Position numbers and translations under genes: made by a program | Shown: positions 20,108-33,052 of the stretch, one piece after another | Layout of the letters: every line of letters begins with the position of its first letter | Numbering within the stretch: position 1 is the stretch's first letter | The notes under the pieces: generated by a model | What the model was told of the DNA's origin: nothing | Seen by the model: only the letters and a program-made list of their open reading frames with translations | The model's database searches: none | Assembly: GCA_963845065.1 (NCBI GenBank) | Contig: CAWJQQ010000002.1 | Coordinates: forward strand, 64,001 to 128,000 | Reading direction: 5' to 3' | Origin: Nitrospirota bacterium | GTDB taxonomy: Bacteria > Nitrospirota > UBA9217 | Length of the DNA stretch: 64,000 nucleotides

Positions 20108-20473
20108 ATGGCAAAGAGAATACTGATAGCGGACGACTCCGCGTCCATGCGCCAGCTGGTAGAGTTTACGCTCAAGAGCGCGGGCTTCGAGGTGATCGTC
20201 GCGGTGGATGGCAAAGATGCCTTGAACAAATCAAATGGCTCAAAGATCGACATGGTCATCACTGATCTCAACATGCCCGGGATGGACGGCATCACCTTGA
20301 TCAAAGAGCTTAGAGGAGCGCCGGCGAACAAATTTACCCCCATCGTCATGCTCACGACGGAATCGCAGGCAGACAAGCAGGCGGAGGGGAAAAAGGCAGG
20401 TGCGAGCGGCTGGATCGTCAAACCCTTTACTCCCGCCGCATTGCTGGAAACAGTCAACAAGCTCGCAAAATAA
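20108..20473 (+). CDS. cheY: Chemotaxis response regulator CheY
   Basis: ILIADDS, ITDLNMPGMDG, LTTES, WIVKPF; start at MAKR after GAGGAG. Confidence 0.93.
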   Translation: MAKRILIADDSASMRQLVEFTLKSAGFEVIVAVDGKDALNKSNGSKIDMVITDLNMPGMDGITLIKELRGAPANKFTPIVMLTTESQADKQAEGKKAGASGWIVKPFTPAALLETVNKLAK

Positions 20474-20484
20474 CAGGAGGCATC

Positions 20485-20820
20485 ATGCTTAAGACAAGGA
20501 TCGAAAAATCAGGCGGATCCGGCTTGCTGGTCCTTGAGGGTGAGATGATCATCGATCATGCGGAGGAGATGAAACGATTTTTCCTTGAAGCTCTGGAGGG
20601 CCGGAGTTCGCTGGACCTCAATATGGCGGGGATAAGCAAGGTTGATATGTTCGGACTTCAGGTGCTCTGCTCTGCGCACCGCTCTGCAATGAAGGCCGGC
20701 AAGGAACTGACGTTGATTGGGCAACAGCCCGAGGTTCTCCGGGACGCAATCGTCATGGCCGGTTACGGCTGCACTGCCGCATGCTCCGTGGACAAACCCT
20801 GTCCCTGGAATGAAAAGTGA
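20485..20820 (+). CDS. STAS domain protein
   Basis: LEGEMIID, KVDMFGLQVL; follows cheY. Confidence 0.88.
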   Translation: MLKTRIEKSGGSGLLVLEGEMIIDHAEEMKRFFLEALEGRSSLDLNMAGISKVDMFGLQVLCSAHRSAMKAGKELTLIGQQPEVLRDAIVMAGYGCTAACSVDKPCPWNEK

Positions 20821-20831
20821 GGTCTGGTTAT
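20751..20831 (+). repeat. Direct repeat copy 1 (STAS 3' end + RBS)
   Basis: 81 bp with 8 mismatches (hand count) to 23517-23597. Confidence 0.9.
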
Positions 20832-20983
20832 TTGATGTGCCCAAGCTGGTGCAGTCAACAATTATGCAACGAGCGAGAAAACATACGGCATGCCAACGCC
20901 TATGGATATTTGATACCTTAAGCATGAGCAGGTTTTACGGATAACGGTGTAAATGACAATAAAAAACGAAGGGGAACGAGACT

Positions 20984-23398
20984 ATGGAAACCACAGGGAC
21001 CAAAAAGAGAGCAAAGAAGGCAAGAATGAACGGAAACGGGAAAGTGTCAGCAAAAATACGCGCGCTCGAGCAACAGCTCGCCGAGGCACATCGAAAGGCG
21101 AGACGGGCGGAGGATGTTTTGGGGTGCAGCGCGGCACCTATGGTCATTGTCGACAGAAATTTGACAATCACGGCCGTGAACGATGCCGCCCTCAAGACCA
21201 TGGGGTATGGCCGGGACGAGGTTGTCGGTAAGATGACCTGCGCAGAATTTCAGAAAACCCTGTTGTGCAGCACGGAAAACTGCACGCTGAAGAACTGCAT
21301 GCGCACCGGCCAGACCATCGTCGGCGAAACAATGGCGATGACGAGGAGCGGACGAAAGTTTCCGATCAAGGCAGCCTGTTCTCCAATGTTGGATGAGCAG
21401 GGGAATGTTTACGGCGGTATGGAAGTGATCATTGATCAGACCGAAATGATGCGAGCCAAATGGGAGAGTGAGAATATCCCGAAGTCCATCGCTACCCCTA
21501 TGTTCGTCGTGGACCGTGACCTCAAGATAACGAACATTAATGACGCTGCGCTCAAGGCAATGGGGTATCAGCGCGACGAGGTTGTCGGAAAAATGACCTG
21601 TTCCCATCTGTGCAAAACACCGATCTGCGACACACCAAGCTGCACCCTTAAGAACTGCATGCGTTCGGGCGAGCCTATCATTGGGGATACAATTGCCGAA
21701 ACAAGGGACGGACGGAAGTTTCCAGTACGCGCAGCCTGCTCACCGCTCGTAGACGAGCAGGGGAATGTCTACGGCGGCATGGAAGTGATCAGCGACCAGA
21801 CCGCGGTGGTGCGCGCCAAGTGGGAAATCGAGAATGTCCAGAAATCCATCGCTGCACCCATGTTTGTCGTCAACACGGACCTCGTCATTACCCAAATCAA
21901 CGACGCCGCGCTCAAGACCATGGGATACCTGCGGGAGGACGTCCTGAACAAGATGACCTGTGCTCAGCTGTGCAAGACGCCGCTGTGTGGTACTGAAAAC
22001 TGTACCATCAAGAACTGCATGCGCACTGGTAAGCCAGTCTTCGGCGAAACGGAGGCGGAAACGCGGCATGGCAAGAAGATTCCCGTGCAAGCCGCATGTT
22101 CGGCGCTCATCGATGAGCACGGCAAGCCCTACGGCGGCATGGAGGTGATCATAGATATTTCCGAGGTCAAGCGTTTGCAGCACGAAGCTGACGAGCAACG
22201 GGAGTATCTGCAACGCCAGGTGGCCATGCTCGTGGAAAAGCTTGAAGCATTCAGCCAGGGAGACTTGTCGATCACGGTGACCGCTGAGCGCCAAGACGAA
22301 ATTGCAAAAATCATCGAAAGCTTGAACAGGGTCCTTCAAAACCTCAGGGGTCTCGCGCAGGCCGCAGAGAAGATAGCAGGAGGAGATCTGACGAACAGCG
22401 TAAACGTGCTGTCTGAGAAAGACGTCCTAGGTGCGTCCCTCGCCGCGATGCTCGAAAAGCTCCGCTTGGTCGTAAGCGAAGTCAAGACCGCGGCGGACAA
22501 CGTGGCGTCGGGGAGCCAGCAGATGAGCACTGGTTCAGAACAGCTGTCCCAGGGTGTGACTGAACAGGCAGCTTCCGCGGAAGAGGCGTCGTCGTCGGTG
22601 GAGGAGATGAGCGCGACGATCAGGCAGAATGCCGACAACGCGCAGCAGACCGAGAAAATCGCAATCAAGAGCTCGAACGACGCACTTGAAAGCGGCAAGG
22701 CCGTATCCGAGGCGGTGGCGGCTATGAAAGACATCGCGAAGAAGATATCGATCATCGAGGAGATCGCCCGCCAGACGAATCTGCTGGCGCTGAATGCGGC
22801 CATCGAAGCAGCTAGGGCCGGCGAGCACGGAAAAGGCTTTGCGGTCGTGGCATCAGAGGTGCGTAAGCTTGCCGAGCGGAGCCAGGTGGCCGCCGGGGAA
22901 ATCAGCGAGCTTTCAGAAAGAAGCGTGGAGGTGGCGGAGCGAGCCGGTGCGATGCTGACGAAGCTCGTGCCGGACATCCAGAAGACCTCGGGGCTGGTGC
23001 AGGAGATCAGCGCGTCGTCGAAAGAACAGGCCACAGGCGCGGACCAAATCAACGTTGCAATCCAGCAACTCAACCAGGTTGTCCAGCAGAACGCGGGCGC
23101 AGCGGAGGAAATGTCCTCCACTGCCGAGGAGCTCTCGTCCCAGGCCGAACAGCTCCAGAGCACGATCTCGTTCTTCAAGGTGGATGACAATGGCCATGGT
23201 GCTCGCACGGCATTGGTGAAGCGCACTGCGCCGGTGCACAGGCAGCAGAACGCGCACATGGCCCCGAAAGCGAGGACCGCTGTCCCGGCAACAGTACCGA
23301 CAATAAAGCATGTCGGCGTGGCGCTCGAAATGGGCGGTGACAAACTGAAGGTGCACGGAAACGGCGATTCCCGAGATTCGGAGTTTGAGAAATTCTGA
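20984..23398 (+). CDS. Cytoplasmic MCP with three tandem Cys-rich PAS domains, HAMP, signalling domain and C-terminal pentapeptide EFEKF
   Basis: Three ~120-aa repeats ([18 protein letters not shown]); no TM helix; MCP tip. Confidence 0.93.
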   Translation: METTGTKKRAKKARMNGNGKVSAKIRALEQQLAEAHRKARRAEDVLGCSAAPMVIVDRNLTITAVNDAALKTMGYGRDEVVGKMTCAEFQKTLLCSTENCTLKNCMRTGQTIVGETMAMTRSGRKFPIKAACSPMLDEQGNVYGGMEVIIDQTEMMRAKWESENIPKSIATPMFVVDRDLKITNINDAALKAMGYQRDEVVGKMTCSHLCKTPICDTPSCTLKNCMRSGEPIIGDTIAETRDGRKFPVRAACSPLVDEQGNVYGGMEVISDQTAVVRAKWEIENVQKSIAAPMFVVNTDLVITQINDAALKTMGYLREDVLNKMTCAQLCKTPLCGTENCTIKNCMRTGKPVFGETEAETRHGKKIPVQAACSALIDEHGKPYGGMEVIIDISEVKRLQHEADEQREYLQRQVAMLVEKLEAFSQGDLSITVTAERQDEIAKIIESLNRVLQNLRGLAQAAEKIAGGDLTNSVNVLSEKDVLGASLAAMLEKLRLVVSEVKTAADNVASGSQQMSTGSEQLSQGVTEQAASAEEASSSVEEMSATIRQNADNAQQTEKIAIKSSNDALESGKAVSEAVAAMKDIAKKISIIEEIARQTNLLALNAAIEAARAGEHGKGFAVVASEVRKLAERSQVAAGEISELSERSVEVAERAGAMLTKLVPDIQKTSGLVQEISASSKEQATGADQINVAIQQLNQVVQQNAGAAEEMSSTAEELSSQAEQLQSTISFFKVDDNGHGARTALVKRTAPVHRQQNAHMAPKARTAVPATVPTIKHVGVALEMGGDKLKVHGNGDSRDSEFEKF

Positions 23399-23516
23399 AA
23401 AAACAGAGGCAGGGGTATCAAAAATAGGTATTTTATGTTGACTAGGCAAAGGACTGTAGAACGATATCCGCAAGGGAAAATGCAGGGACCACTTGCCCGG
23501 GGCGCTGGGGCACGAC

Positions 23517-23597
23517 CGTCATGGCCGGTTACAGCCGCACTGCCGCATGCTCCGGGGACAAAACCTGTCCCTGGAGCGACAAGCGAGGTCTGGTTAT
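23517..23597 (+). repeat. Direct repeat copy 2 (STAS 3'-end remnant before cheA)
   Basis: Matches 20751-20831 and runs into the cheA ATG. Confidence 0.9.
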
Positions 23598-25728
23598 GAG
23601 CGATATCAAGGATAAACACCGGGAAGCCTTTAAAGAAGAATCCCGTGAACTGCTTTCCGAGCTTGAAACATCGCTGCTTGAACTGGAGGAACGGCCCGAT
23701 GATGCTGATCTCGTCGGCAGGGTTTTCAGGGCCATGCACACGATCAAGGGCTCCGGAGCGATGTTCGGGTTTGAGGCAGTATCCGCCTTTACCCACGACG
23801 TCGAGACTGTTTTCGACCTGGTCCGGAATGGCTCGATTCGCGTCACCAAAGAACTCATCGATCTGACCCTCGCTGCAAGGGACCATATCCGATCGATGCT
23901 CGATGCTTCTGAAGGAGAGCCTGAAGTCGACAAGGACAAAGCCTGCAGGATTATCTCCTCATTGCGAAAGTTTATCCCGGACCTCGCTGCGACAGTCAAA
24001 GGAGAACATTTCCTCCCTCCTGTTGTTGTAGTCCCGCAATCGGAGCGCGCCGATCGGGAAATCACCTTTAGGATCCACTTCCGCCCACCGCGAGATATCG
24101 CATTCCGTGGCATGGACCCCATCGGCCTGCTGAATGAACTAAGTTACCTGGGCGAATGCACGATCACTGCGCGGACACAGGATGTTCCGTCCCTGGATGA
24201 ATTGAATGCTGAATCCTGCTACCTGTACTGGGATGTGATCCTCACGACCAGTGAAGGGGTCAATGCGGTGAAAGACGTTTTCCTCTTTATTCAGGATGAC
24301 GCCGAGGTGAAGATCGACATTATCAAAAACCCAGTTGATGGCACCGACGCTGGGCAGAAGAAACTCGGTGAAATTCTCGTGGAGCGCGGAGAGGTAACTC
24401 CCGAGATCGTCCAAAAGGGGCTTTCTGCGCAAAAACGGTTCGGACAGGTTCTCGTAGAAATGGGCGCCCTAGAAGCGGACGAAGTAACTTCCGCTTTGGC
24501 CGAGCAACGGCATCTGAAAGCTCAGCAAGATAAAAAACAAGCAGCGGATTCCGCATCGAGCATCCGGGTATCGTCGGACAAACTGGACAAACTGGTGGAT
24601 TTGGTGGGCGAACTCGTAACGCTCCAGTCGCTTCTCAGCCAGACCGCGGGCAATTTTAAAAAAACAAAGATTCCGGCGATCGCCGAGGCCGTGGAACGCT
24701 TGACTTCCGAACTCCGCGACACTACTATTGGCATCCGCATGCTGCCCATCGGTTCCACCTTCAGCAAGTTCAAGCGTCTTGTCCGCGACCTCTCCAAGGA
24801 GCTGGGCAAAGAGATCGAGCTTACGACAGAAGGAGCGGAAACCGAGTTGGACAAGACAGTCATTGAAAAATTAGGTGATCCGATGGTGCATATCCTGAGA
24901 AACAGCATCGATCACGGCATTGAACAGCTGGAGGATCGCGTGGCTGCAAACAAGCCGAGGACAGGCACAATCCACTTGTCTGCAAAGCATTCGGGAGCAC
25001 ATGTCCTGGTGCAAGTCCAGGACGACGGCAAGGGGCTCGATCCCGACGTGATCCGCGCTAAGGCCGTGGAAAAAGGACTGATATCTTCCGATGCAAAACT
25101 GTCCAGAAAAGAGATCTTTTCGCTCATCCTCGCCCCGGGCTTTTCCACTGCGAAAACCATCACGAGCGTATCAGGACGCGGCGTAGGCATGGATGTGGTC
25201 AAACGCGCCATCGAGTCGCTGCGCGGCTCCATCGAGATCAACAGCCAAAAAGGTTCGGGCACGACGATAACGCTGAAACTCCCCCTCACCCTCGCGATCA
25301 TAGAGGGCCTTCTGGTCAAGATCGGCGCGGAGTCGTTCGTCATGCCGCTTGCCCTGGTGGAGGAGTGCGTGGAGTTGACCCGAAAGGACGTGCAAAAAGC
25401 TAATGGCAGGGACTTGGCGCAGGTGCGGGGAAAGGTCGTACCGTACATACGGCTCCGCGAGCAATTCATGATCACCGGAGAAAGGCCAGCCATAGAGCAG
25501 ATCGTGATCGTCTCCCTGGAAGGCCAACGGGCAGGATTCGTCGTGGACCGCGTTATCGGCGGACACCAGACAGTGATCAAGAGCCTGGGAAGTATGTACA
25601 AGGACATCGACGGCATATCCGGGGCAACGATCCTGGGAGACGGCACCGTGGCCCTGATACTGGATGCGTCGAGGCTGATTCACCAGGCAGAGCAGAAGGA
25701 AACGAACATACACGGTCATTTTAGCTGA
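23596..25728 (+). CDS. cheA: Chemotaxis histidine kinase CheA
   Basis: HTIKGS Hpt, HILRNSIDHG, SGRGVGMDVV, CheW-like domain; start reassigned to MSDIK. Confidence 0.96.
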   Translation: MSDIKDKHREAFKEESRELLSELETSLLELEERPDDADLVGRVFRAMHTIKGSGAMFGFEAVSAFTHDVETVFDLVRNGSIRVTKELIDLTLAARDHIRSMLDASEGEPEVDKDKACRIISSLRKFIPDLAATVKGEHFLPPVVVVPQSERADREITFRIHFRPPRDIAFRGMDPIGLLNELSYLGECTITARTQDVPSLDELNAESCYLYWDVILTTSEGVNAVKDVFLFIQDDAEVKIDIIKNPVDGTDAGQKKLGEILVERGEVTPEIVQKGLSAQKRFGQVLVEMGALEADEVTSALAEQRHLKAQQDKKQAADSASSIRVSSDKLDKLVDLVGELVTLQSLLSQTAGNFKKTKIPAIAEAVERLTSELRDTTIGIRMLPIGSTFSKFKRLVRDLSKELGKEIELTTEGAETELDKTVIEKLGDPMVHILRNSIDHGIEQLEDRVAANKPRTGTIHLSAKHSGAHVLVQVQDDGKGLDPDVIRAKAVEKGLISSDAKLSRKEIFSLILAPGFSTAKTITSVSGRGVGMDVVKRAIESLRGSIEINSQKGSGTTITLKLPLTLAIIEGLLVKIGAESFVMPLALVEECVELTRKDVQKANGRDLAQVRGKVVPYIRLREQFMITGERPAIEQIVIVSLEGQRAGFVVDRVIGGHQTVIKSLGSMYKDIDGISGATILGDGTVALILDASRLIHQAEQKETNIHGHFS

Positions 25729-25994
25729 CCTGGGGTGGAGTAACACGGGTGCGAAGAAACGGGATGTTCAGGAACTTGGGGAACTGGCCACTGTAGGCAG
25801 GGGTGTCAAGATTTATTTGGGTCATGGCAGTGGCTATGACAAACTAGATAACGATTTCGTTAAGTAGTGAACTACCTCGTAATACTATACATATTATCAT
25901 GTAAATCTACTTTTGTCAAAAAACGTCGCCTTTCATCCCCTCCCTTACGGAAGGGGAATATTCCAGGCGAAAAGTTAAAGAAAGGAAGCTTACC

Positions 25995-26489
25995 ATGAGT
26001 GTAGCAGAAATAAGTCAAACAACCCAATACCTGACTTTCAAGCTCCAGGACGAGATCTTCGCGCTCGACATCTCCACGGTCCGCGAAGTGCTGGACTTTA
26101 CCATTGTCACCAAGGTGCCGGGGACCCCGGACTTCATGCGGGGCGTCATCAATCTTCGGGGGAGCGTGGTCCCGGTCATCGACCTGAGGCTCAAGTTCGG
26201 GATGACAGTGACCGAGAAGACGGTGAATACCTGCGTCATTATCGTCGAGGTAAAGGTGGACGGGGAAACCGTCATTCTCGGCGTGCTGGCAGATTCCGTC
26301 CAGGAGGTGAAGGACCTGGAAAACGACCAGATTGAACCAGCGCCGCGGATCGGGATGCACCTGAAGACCGATTTCATTAAAGGCATGGGTAAGCACAATG
26401 ATCAATTTCTCATGATCCTCGACATCGACAAGGTGTTCTCGTCCAACGAGCTTACCGGCTTCCGAAATGCCGACGAGGTTGCGGTCTAA
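25995..26489 (+). CDS. cheW: Chemotaxis protein CheW
   Basis: QYLTF, GVINLRGSVVPVIDLR. Confidence 0.96.
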   Translation: MSVAEISQTTQYLTFKLQDEIFALDISTVREVLDFTIVTKVPGTPDFMRGVINLRGSVVPVIDLRLKFGMTVTEKTVNTCVIIVEVKVDGETVILGVLADSVQEVKDLENDQIEPAPRIGMHLKTDFIKGMGKHNDQFLMILDIDKVFSSNELTGFRNADEVAV

Positions 26490-26630
26490 GCAGAGATTCT
26501 TTCCCCCTTCTTCTGGATTCCCTCCTCCCCTTGAGAGGAAGGGAATCCGGGCTTCAGGGGAGGTAACCATAAATTGCGCGTATGTGGCGCAGTATTCGCA
26601 TTAAGTGCTTTTACTCGTGAATCTTATTAG

Positions 26631-28612
<1,982 letters not shown>

Positions 28613-28776
28613 ACGCCCACCACACTGCCGTCATAGCCACGTGGGAATAAAAGACTATTATTTTAGGAACGGTTACGCTAATCGATGCCCTGATGCTGAA
28701 ACACAAGTCCAACGCAGAATTTTGTTATCCAGATAGCACGTGACATCACACCTTCGGGGAAAAAGGACACGAGCAT

Positions 28777-30411
28777 ATGAACGAATTCGATCGGATTGCA
28801 CTAAAGTTAAAGAACATCTCCATCAAATGGAAGCTGATGCTGCCAATCGTTATCATCATGACAGGGATCGGCTTTGCCAACAGTACCTGGGTGGGGCTTA
28901 AGATCCATGAACTGTCAATGGAACAGAGCGAGCGCGATCTGACAACTTTGTCCGAGACCGTATTCGGTGTCATGACCGATTACATGAATACAGGCATGAT
29001 GAACGAGCACAAGAAGCCCTTTCTGGATCACATGAATAGGATGCTTCCCGTACGAATGATCAGGGGAGCGGTCTTGGACAAACAGTATGGCACGAAGGCG
29101 CACGAAGATTACGCACAGGACCAATACGAAGAAGCGGTTTTCAGGACAAAAGAACCGGTATTCACGATTGATACGGTAAAAGGCGAAGAGCATTTACGGG
29201 GCATATTCCCGTACATCAATGTCACCAGCTACATGGGTTCAAACTGCGTTACCTGCCACAGTGACGGCGCGAAAGAAGGGGACGTTCTCGGTGCTCTCAG
29301 CATCAGCATCTCCTTGAAAAAAACGCAAGAATCCGTAGCAAAGACCCGTCTCATCATAGCCCTCATTACCGTGCTCCTGTCCTTAGCCAGCATCGGCATC
29401 CTGTTCCTGACTGTTCGATCCGCTCTTCTCAGGCCTCTTCAAAGTGTGCTCATGTTCGTAAAAAAGACGGCGAGCAAAGACTTTCGCTCCCGTCTTGAAG
29501 TCCGATTTCATGATGACTTTGGCCGCCTTTCCACATCCATCAACCAGATGGCCGAGGGGCTGGGCAAGGCGATCGGGGGGATAGCGCATGTAACGGATGA
29601 ACTGTCAGTCAATGCCAATAACCTCAAAGAAGCGATGAATGATACCTTAAGCGGGACCGACAATCAGGCCCGGCAGGCATCTTCTATTGCTACCGCTGCG
29701 GAAGAGATGTCGCAGACGGTTCAGGGCATTTCACAGAGCGGCACGACAGCATCGATCTCAGCGCGCGAAGCGATAGACGTTGCAATCAAAGGCAAGGAGG
29801 TTCTCCGTCAGTCAGTCGATAAGACGAACCTGGCGGGTGAGGCAACAAAGGAACTTTCGACCATGATTGAAAAAATGAACTCGCGCGTACTCGAGATCGG
29901 CGACATTATCTCGGTCATCAGCGGGATCGCTGACCAGACCAACCTCCTTGCCCTGAATGCTGCGATTGAGGCTGCCCGTGCCGGAGAGCAGGGGCGGGGT
30001 TTCGCCGTGGTTGCCGACGAGGTCAGAAAACTTGCGGCAAAAACCACGAAGGCAACACAAGAAATTTCCGATACCATCAAGGCTGTCCAGGCTGACTCGG
30101 GACAGACAGGCCAGTCTATGAAGGCGGCACTGGGCCATGTGACGGACAGCGTGGCCTTCATGAATACAGCAAATGACTCGCTCGACAAAATTGTCAGCTC
30201 GGTACAGAAAACCTCCGACGAAATCACTCAGATAGCCACGTCCATCGAACAGCAGACATTGACGTCAGAGGATATTGCGAAGAACATAGAAGATATTTCT
30301 CAGATAGCCAGCCGGACCCAGACATCCACGGAAAAGTTGAGGACGATCTTTGAAGGTCTCAACAATCTTTCGCAGCAGCTAAAGGCCACGGTGGATGAAT
30401 TCAAGCTGTAG
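28777..30411 (+). CDS. MCP with periplasmic c-type heme (CxxCH; DUF3365/Tll0287-like) sensor
   Basis: 2 TM helices, CVTCH in the periplasmic domain, HAMP, MCP tip. Confidence 0.9.
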   Translation: MNEFDRIALKLKNISIKWKLMLPIVIIMTGIGFANSTWVGLKIHELSMEQSERDLTTLSETVFGVMTDYMNTGMMNEHKKPFLDHMNRMLPVRMIRGAVLDKQYGTKAHEDYAQDQYEEAVFRTKEPVFTIDTVKGEEHLRGIFPYINVTSYMGSNCVTCHSDGAKEGDVLGALSISISLKKTQESVAKTRLIIALITVLLSLASIGILFLTVRSALLRPLQSVLMFVKKTASKDFRSRLEVRFHDDFGRLSTSINQMAEGLGKAIGGIAHVTDELSVNANNLKEAMNDTLSGTDNQARQASSIATAAEEMSQTVQGISQSGTTASISAREAIDVAIKGKEVLRQSVDKTNLAGEATKELSTMIEKMNSRVLEIGDIISVISGIADQTNLLALNAAIEAARAGEQGRGFAVVADEVRKLAAKTTKATQEISDTIKAVQADSGQTGQSMKAALGHVTDSVAFMNTANDSLDKIVSSVQKTSDEITQIATSIEQQTLTSEDIAKNIEDISQIASRTQTSTEKLRTIFEGLNNLSQQLKATVDEFKL

Positions 30412-30549
30412 ATCGTAACCGACGATGTCCGTGACTTCGATAATTACCGGGATCACTGGTAGGAATGATTCGGAATGGTTGGCAGGTTTAGCGGACTGTT
30501 TAGAAACAATCATTCGGAAGGGGTCGTTGAATTCGCCGAAATATAAAGT

Positions 30550-30843
30550 TTACTGCAGCCGGGTGCCGCATTTCCCGCAAACACGTTTATTGATGTTACT
30601 GCCAAGGCTCTTATTACATGATGGGCATTTCCAGTTAATTGTCGTGAACCACCAAAAAGCAGCAATAGCTACAATCTGCATTCCAAACAGCGTACCTTTC
30701 GATAATTCAACCAATAGTGGACGTTTATAGAGCACGGCGGATAAAAGTACAAGAAAGAGCGCAATCGTTATCGCAATGATCTGACGGCTCTGGCGCATGT
30801 GGAATTGATGACGTATTTGTTTATTGTCCATCTTTTGTACCAC
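30550..30843 (-). CDS. Small 2-TM membrane protein with C-terminal zinc ribbon
   Basis: WKCPSC..VCGKCG after two hydrophobic segments; RBS GAGGTG. Confidence 0.65.
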   Translation of the reverse strand: MVQKMDNKQIRHQFHMRQSRQIIAITIALFLVLLSAVLYKRPLLVELSKGTLFGMQIVAIAAFWWFTTINWKCPSCNKSLGSNINKRVCGKCGTRLQ

Positions 30844-31017
30844 GATAATTTCACCTCGTGAGGTTGGTGGCTGTCGGATTGCAAATTAGAATCTCATAGA
30901 CGCTCATGTTGTTTAATAGACATTCAGATCGATGATCGTTGCAAGACAGGCTACTTTCATTTGATACACAAGGAATTCCCTCGATACGGGAACTTACACT
31001 TTCTACTACAAATAGAT

Positions 31018-31081
31018 AAATTCATGCTTCATGCCAATAAATTTCATGATTCATGCCCAAAATTTCACGATTCGTGCCAAT
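31018..31081. repeat. Three imperfect ~21-bp tandem repeats
   Basis: aaattcatgcttcatgccaat / aaatttcatgattcatgccc / aaatttcacgattcgtgccaat. Confidence 0.7.
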
Positions 31082-31093
31082 TGATATAGACAA

Positions 31094-31579
31094 TCACGCG
31101 CCGCAACATTTCTTGAATTTCTTTCCACTGCCGCAGGGGCAAGGTTCGTTGCGGCCAGTCTTGGGCGTTGCACGGGAAGCAAGCTTTGGCATGGCCTTCC
31201 CGCTCACAAAGTACCATATCCCGTCTCTCTTCTCGAATTGGGACAATTCGTGGTATTCCTGTTTAAGCCCGTTTTCAGTATAGGACACGACAAATTCTAC
31301 CTGTCCTTTGCTGTCGTCAACCCCTCCTGCGACAGTCCTCACTATTTTAATCCCATGCCACGTAGCACTTTCAGCCCACGCCTTGCTGCGACTTTCGTCA
31401 TAATCAGCCCGGTGGTCAGGATGAAGTGAGGTGAGGATATAGCCGATCTCCTTCTTGGCATACGCGCTGTAACGAGAGCGCATAAGTTGTTCTGCAGTCG
31501 CAGCTTTTTGTTGACCGACTATGACAGGCAAGCAGCAAGACTCATACTCGACATTTGAGCCGCAGGGGCATAGGTTCAT
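31094..31579 (-). CDS. ychJ: YchJ family SEC-C motif protein
   Basis: [37 protein letters not shown]. Confidence 0.93.
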   Translation of the reverse strand: MNLCPCGSNVEYESCCLPVIVGQQKAATAEQLMRSRYSAYAKKEIGYILTSLHPDHRADYDESRSKAWAESATWHGIKIVRTVAGGVDDSKGQVEFVVSYTENGLKQEYHELSQFEKRDGIWYFVSGKAMPKLASRATPKTGRNEPCPCGSGKKFKKCCGA

Positions 31580-31894
31580 GGAAGGAATACTCCTTTCGTA
31601 TGGTTTATCTGACCAAAAAGGACGGGACGGCGTTGATATTACGCAAAGGGTGGGCGAGAGTCAAGCTGAAATTGCGCAATACGGGCCGGCAGACACCGGG
31701 CGGCCACTCGACTCCATATGGCGAGTATAACGAGTACTAGTTTACTCCTGTTTTCTCCTATGGTGCACGTTCAGTGATATACTATAACCAGAACTGAAAA
31801 AAACGCGTACTTCTGCTCGCCACTTGTATTCATCGCGATGGCGAGAGAAAAGTACAACGGCTGCTAGTACAGCCGATTTAACGAGGAGGTAACA

Positions 31895-32212
31895 ATGGCA
31901 ACTGTAAAGAACATAAACATTAATTCCTTTTGCGATACCGTGAGCCGCGAGTTATCGGAAATGAAGGAAGGTATCCACATAATTCTGGAAGAGGCCAGAA
32001 CTGCCTATGGTGCAGAGAGCCAGCAGTTCCGGACATATGATACTCATCTGCGCGAGCTTTCCGATATGATCGACTGGAAACTCCAGCTCTTGATGAAGGC
32101 CTGTCCCTATGAGTGGAGGGAAGCCGGTTCAGATATCGAGAGGGACGTCCAGGTTGAAGGTCTTGTCAGAATGCCGGATGTCGATTTCTCCGGAGGGTAC
32201 GTCGGCGGATAG
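31895..32212 (+). CDS. Hypothetical protein
   Basis: Strong RBS GAGGAGG, downstream terminator, helical 105-aa ORF. Confidence 0.75.
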   Translation: MATVKNININSFCDTVSRELSEMKEGIHIILEEARTAYGAESQQFRTYDTHLRELSDMIDWKLQLLMKACPYEWREAGSDIERDVQVEGLVRMPDVDFSGGYVGG

Positions 32213-32236
32213 GATTTCCATTCCATCTAATCGTAT

Positions 32237-32272
32237 AAAAAAACCGGCGAAAAATTTTCGCCGGTTTTTTTT
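32237..32272. terminator. Bidirectional intrinsic terminator
   Basis: AAAAAAACCGGCGAAAAATTTTCGCCGGTTTTTTTT between convergent genes. Confidence 0.9.
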
Positions 32273-32304
32273 CTCTTGTGAAGGCAGTGCCTTTCCCCCC
32301 AAAA

Positions 32305-32874
32305 TTAGTACGTCCTCGTGCCTCTAGCTTTTTCTGGCCTTTTCGTTGTTGTATGCAAAATCATACCGATCAATTTATTGAGCGGATTAGACCGTTCGAG
32401 AAACGAGATAGGAGGTTGTTTCCGTTTCCCCATCCCGCGCAATTCCTGGTGCAAATCAGCGTTTCCGCTATCATGCTTGATTCCTGTGGTAAATGCATTG
32501 ATCGCATCCTGCTTCTTTCCTGCTGCAAGATATGCCCTCCCCAAATTAAGATAGAATAGTGAGTAAAGATTTTCTTTTTCTTCCTCCTCACTGTTCCTTA
32601 GAAGAGCAATGGCCTGTTTGCACGTTTCTATGCCGCTGCGGTACTTTTTATCCACCAAGGTCTGTAAACAGCCAAAATAGGAGAGAACTACAGGATTACG
32701 GGGATAGCACACCGCAGCCCGCTGCAGGAGAACGAATGCTTCCTTTTGTCTTCCATCTCTCAAATTGGTTTTCGCAAGGCGCAGAAACTGCGCCGCAGTC
32801 ATTTCCTTTGCTGATCCATGCCGCGCCTGAATGCTTCCCCTCGCGGATGCCTTATGTTTCTGGTCATCAATCAT
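32305..32874 (-). CDS. TPR-repeat protein
   Basis: YLNLGRAYLAAGKKQDAINAF TPR-like helices. Confidence 0.75.
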   Translation of the reverse strand: MIDDQKHKASARGSIQARHGSAKEMTAAQFLRLAKTNLRDGRQKEAFVLLQRAAVCYPRNPVVLSYFGCLQTLVDKKYRSGIETCKQAIALLRNSEEEEKENLYSLFYLNLGRAYLAAGKKQDAINAFTTGIKHDSGNADLHQELRGMGKRKQPPISFLERSNPLNKLIGMILHTTTKRPEKARGTRTY

Positions 32875-33052
32875 AAGTATATTTTAGCACAACAGGCAAC
32901 AGGGATTCGAAGTACAGGGAAAAAAGGACTTGGAAATTAATAACAAGGTTTTCTCACAACTTGAATCAATTGACTGTATTCAAGCATAGTGGCCTGGAAC
33001 CATTTTCAGAATATTTTTTTTGATTTGAATCGTATCGTGCACTGCATCAACG

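Noticed and set aside
22336..23886. 516-aa minus-strand ORF and other long antisense ORFs (19283-20062, 36860-37972, 55412-56281)
   Set aside because: Shadow frames opposite well-supported genes; Ser/Ala-rich with no recognisable motifs.
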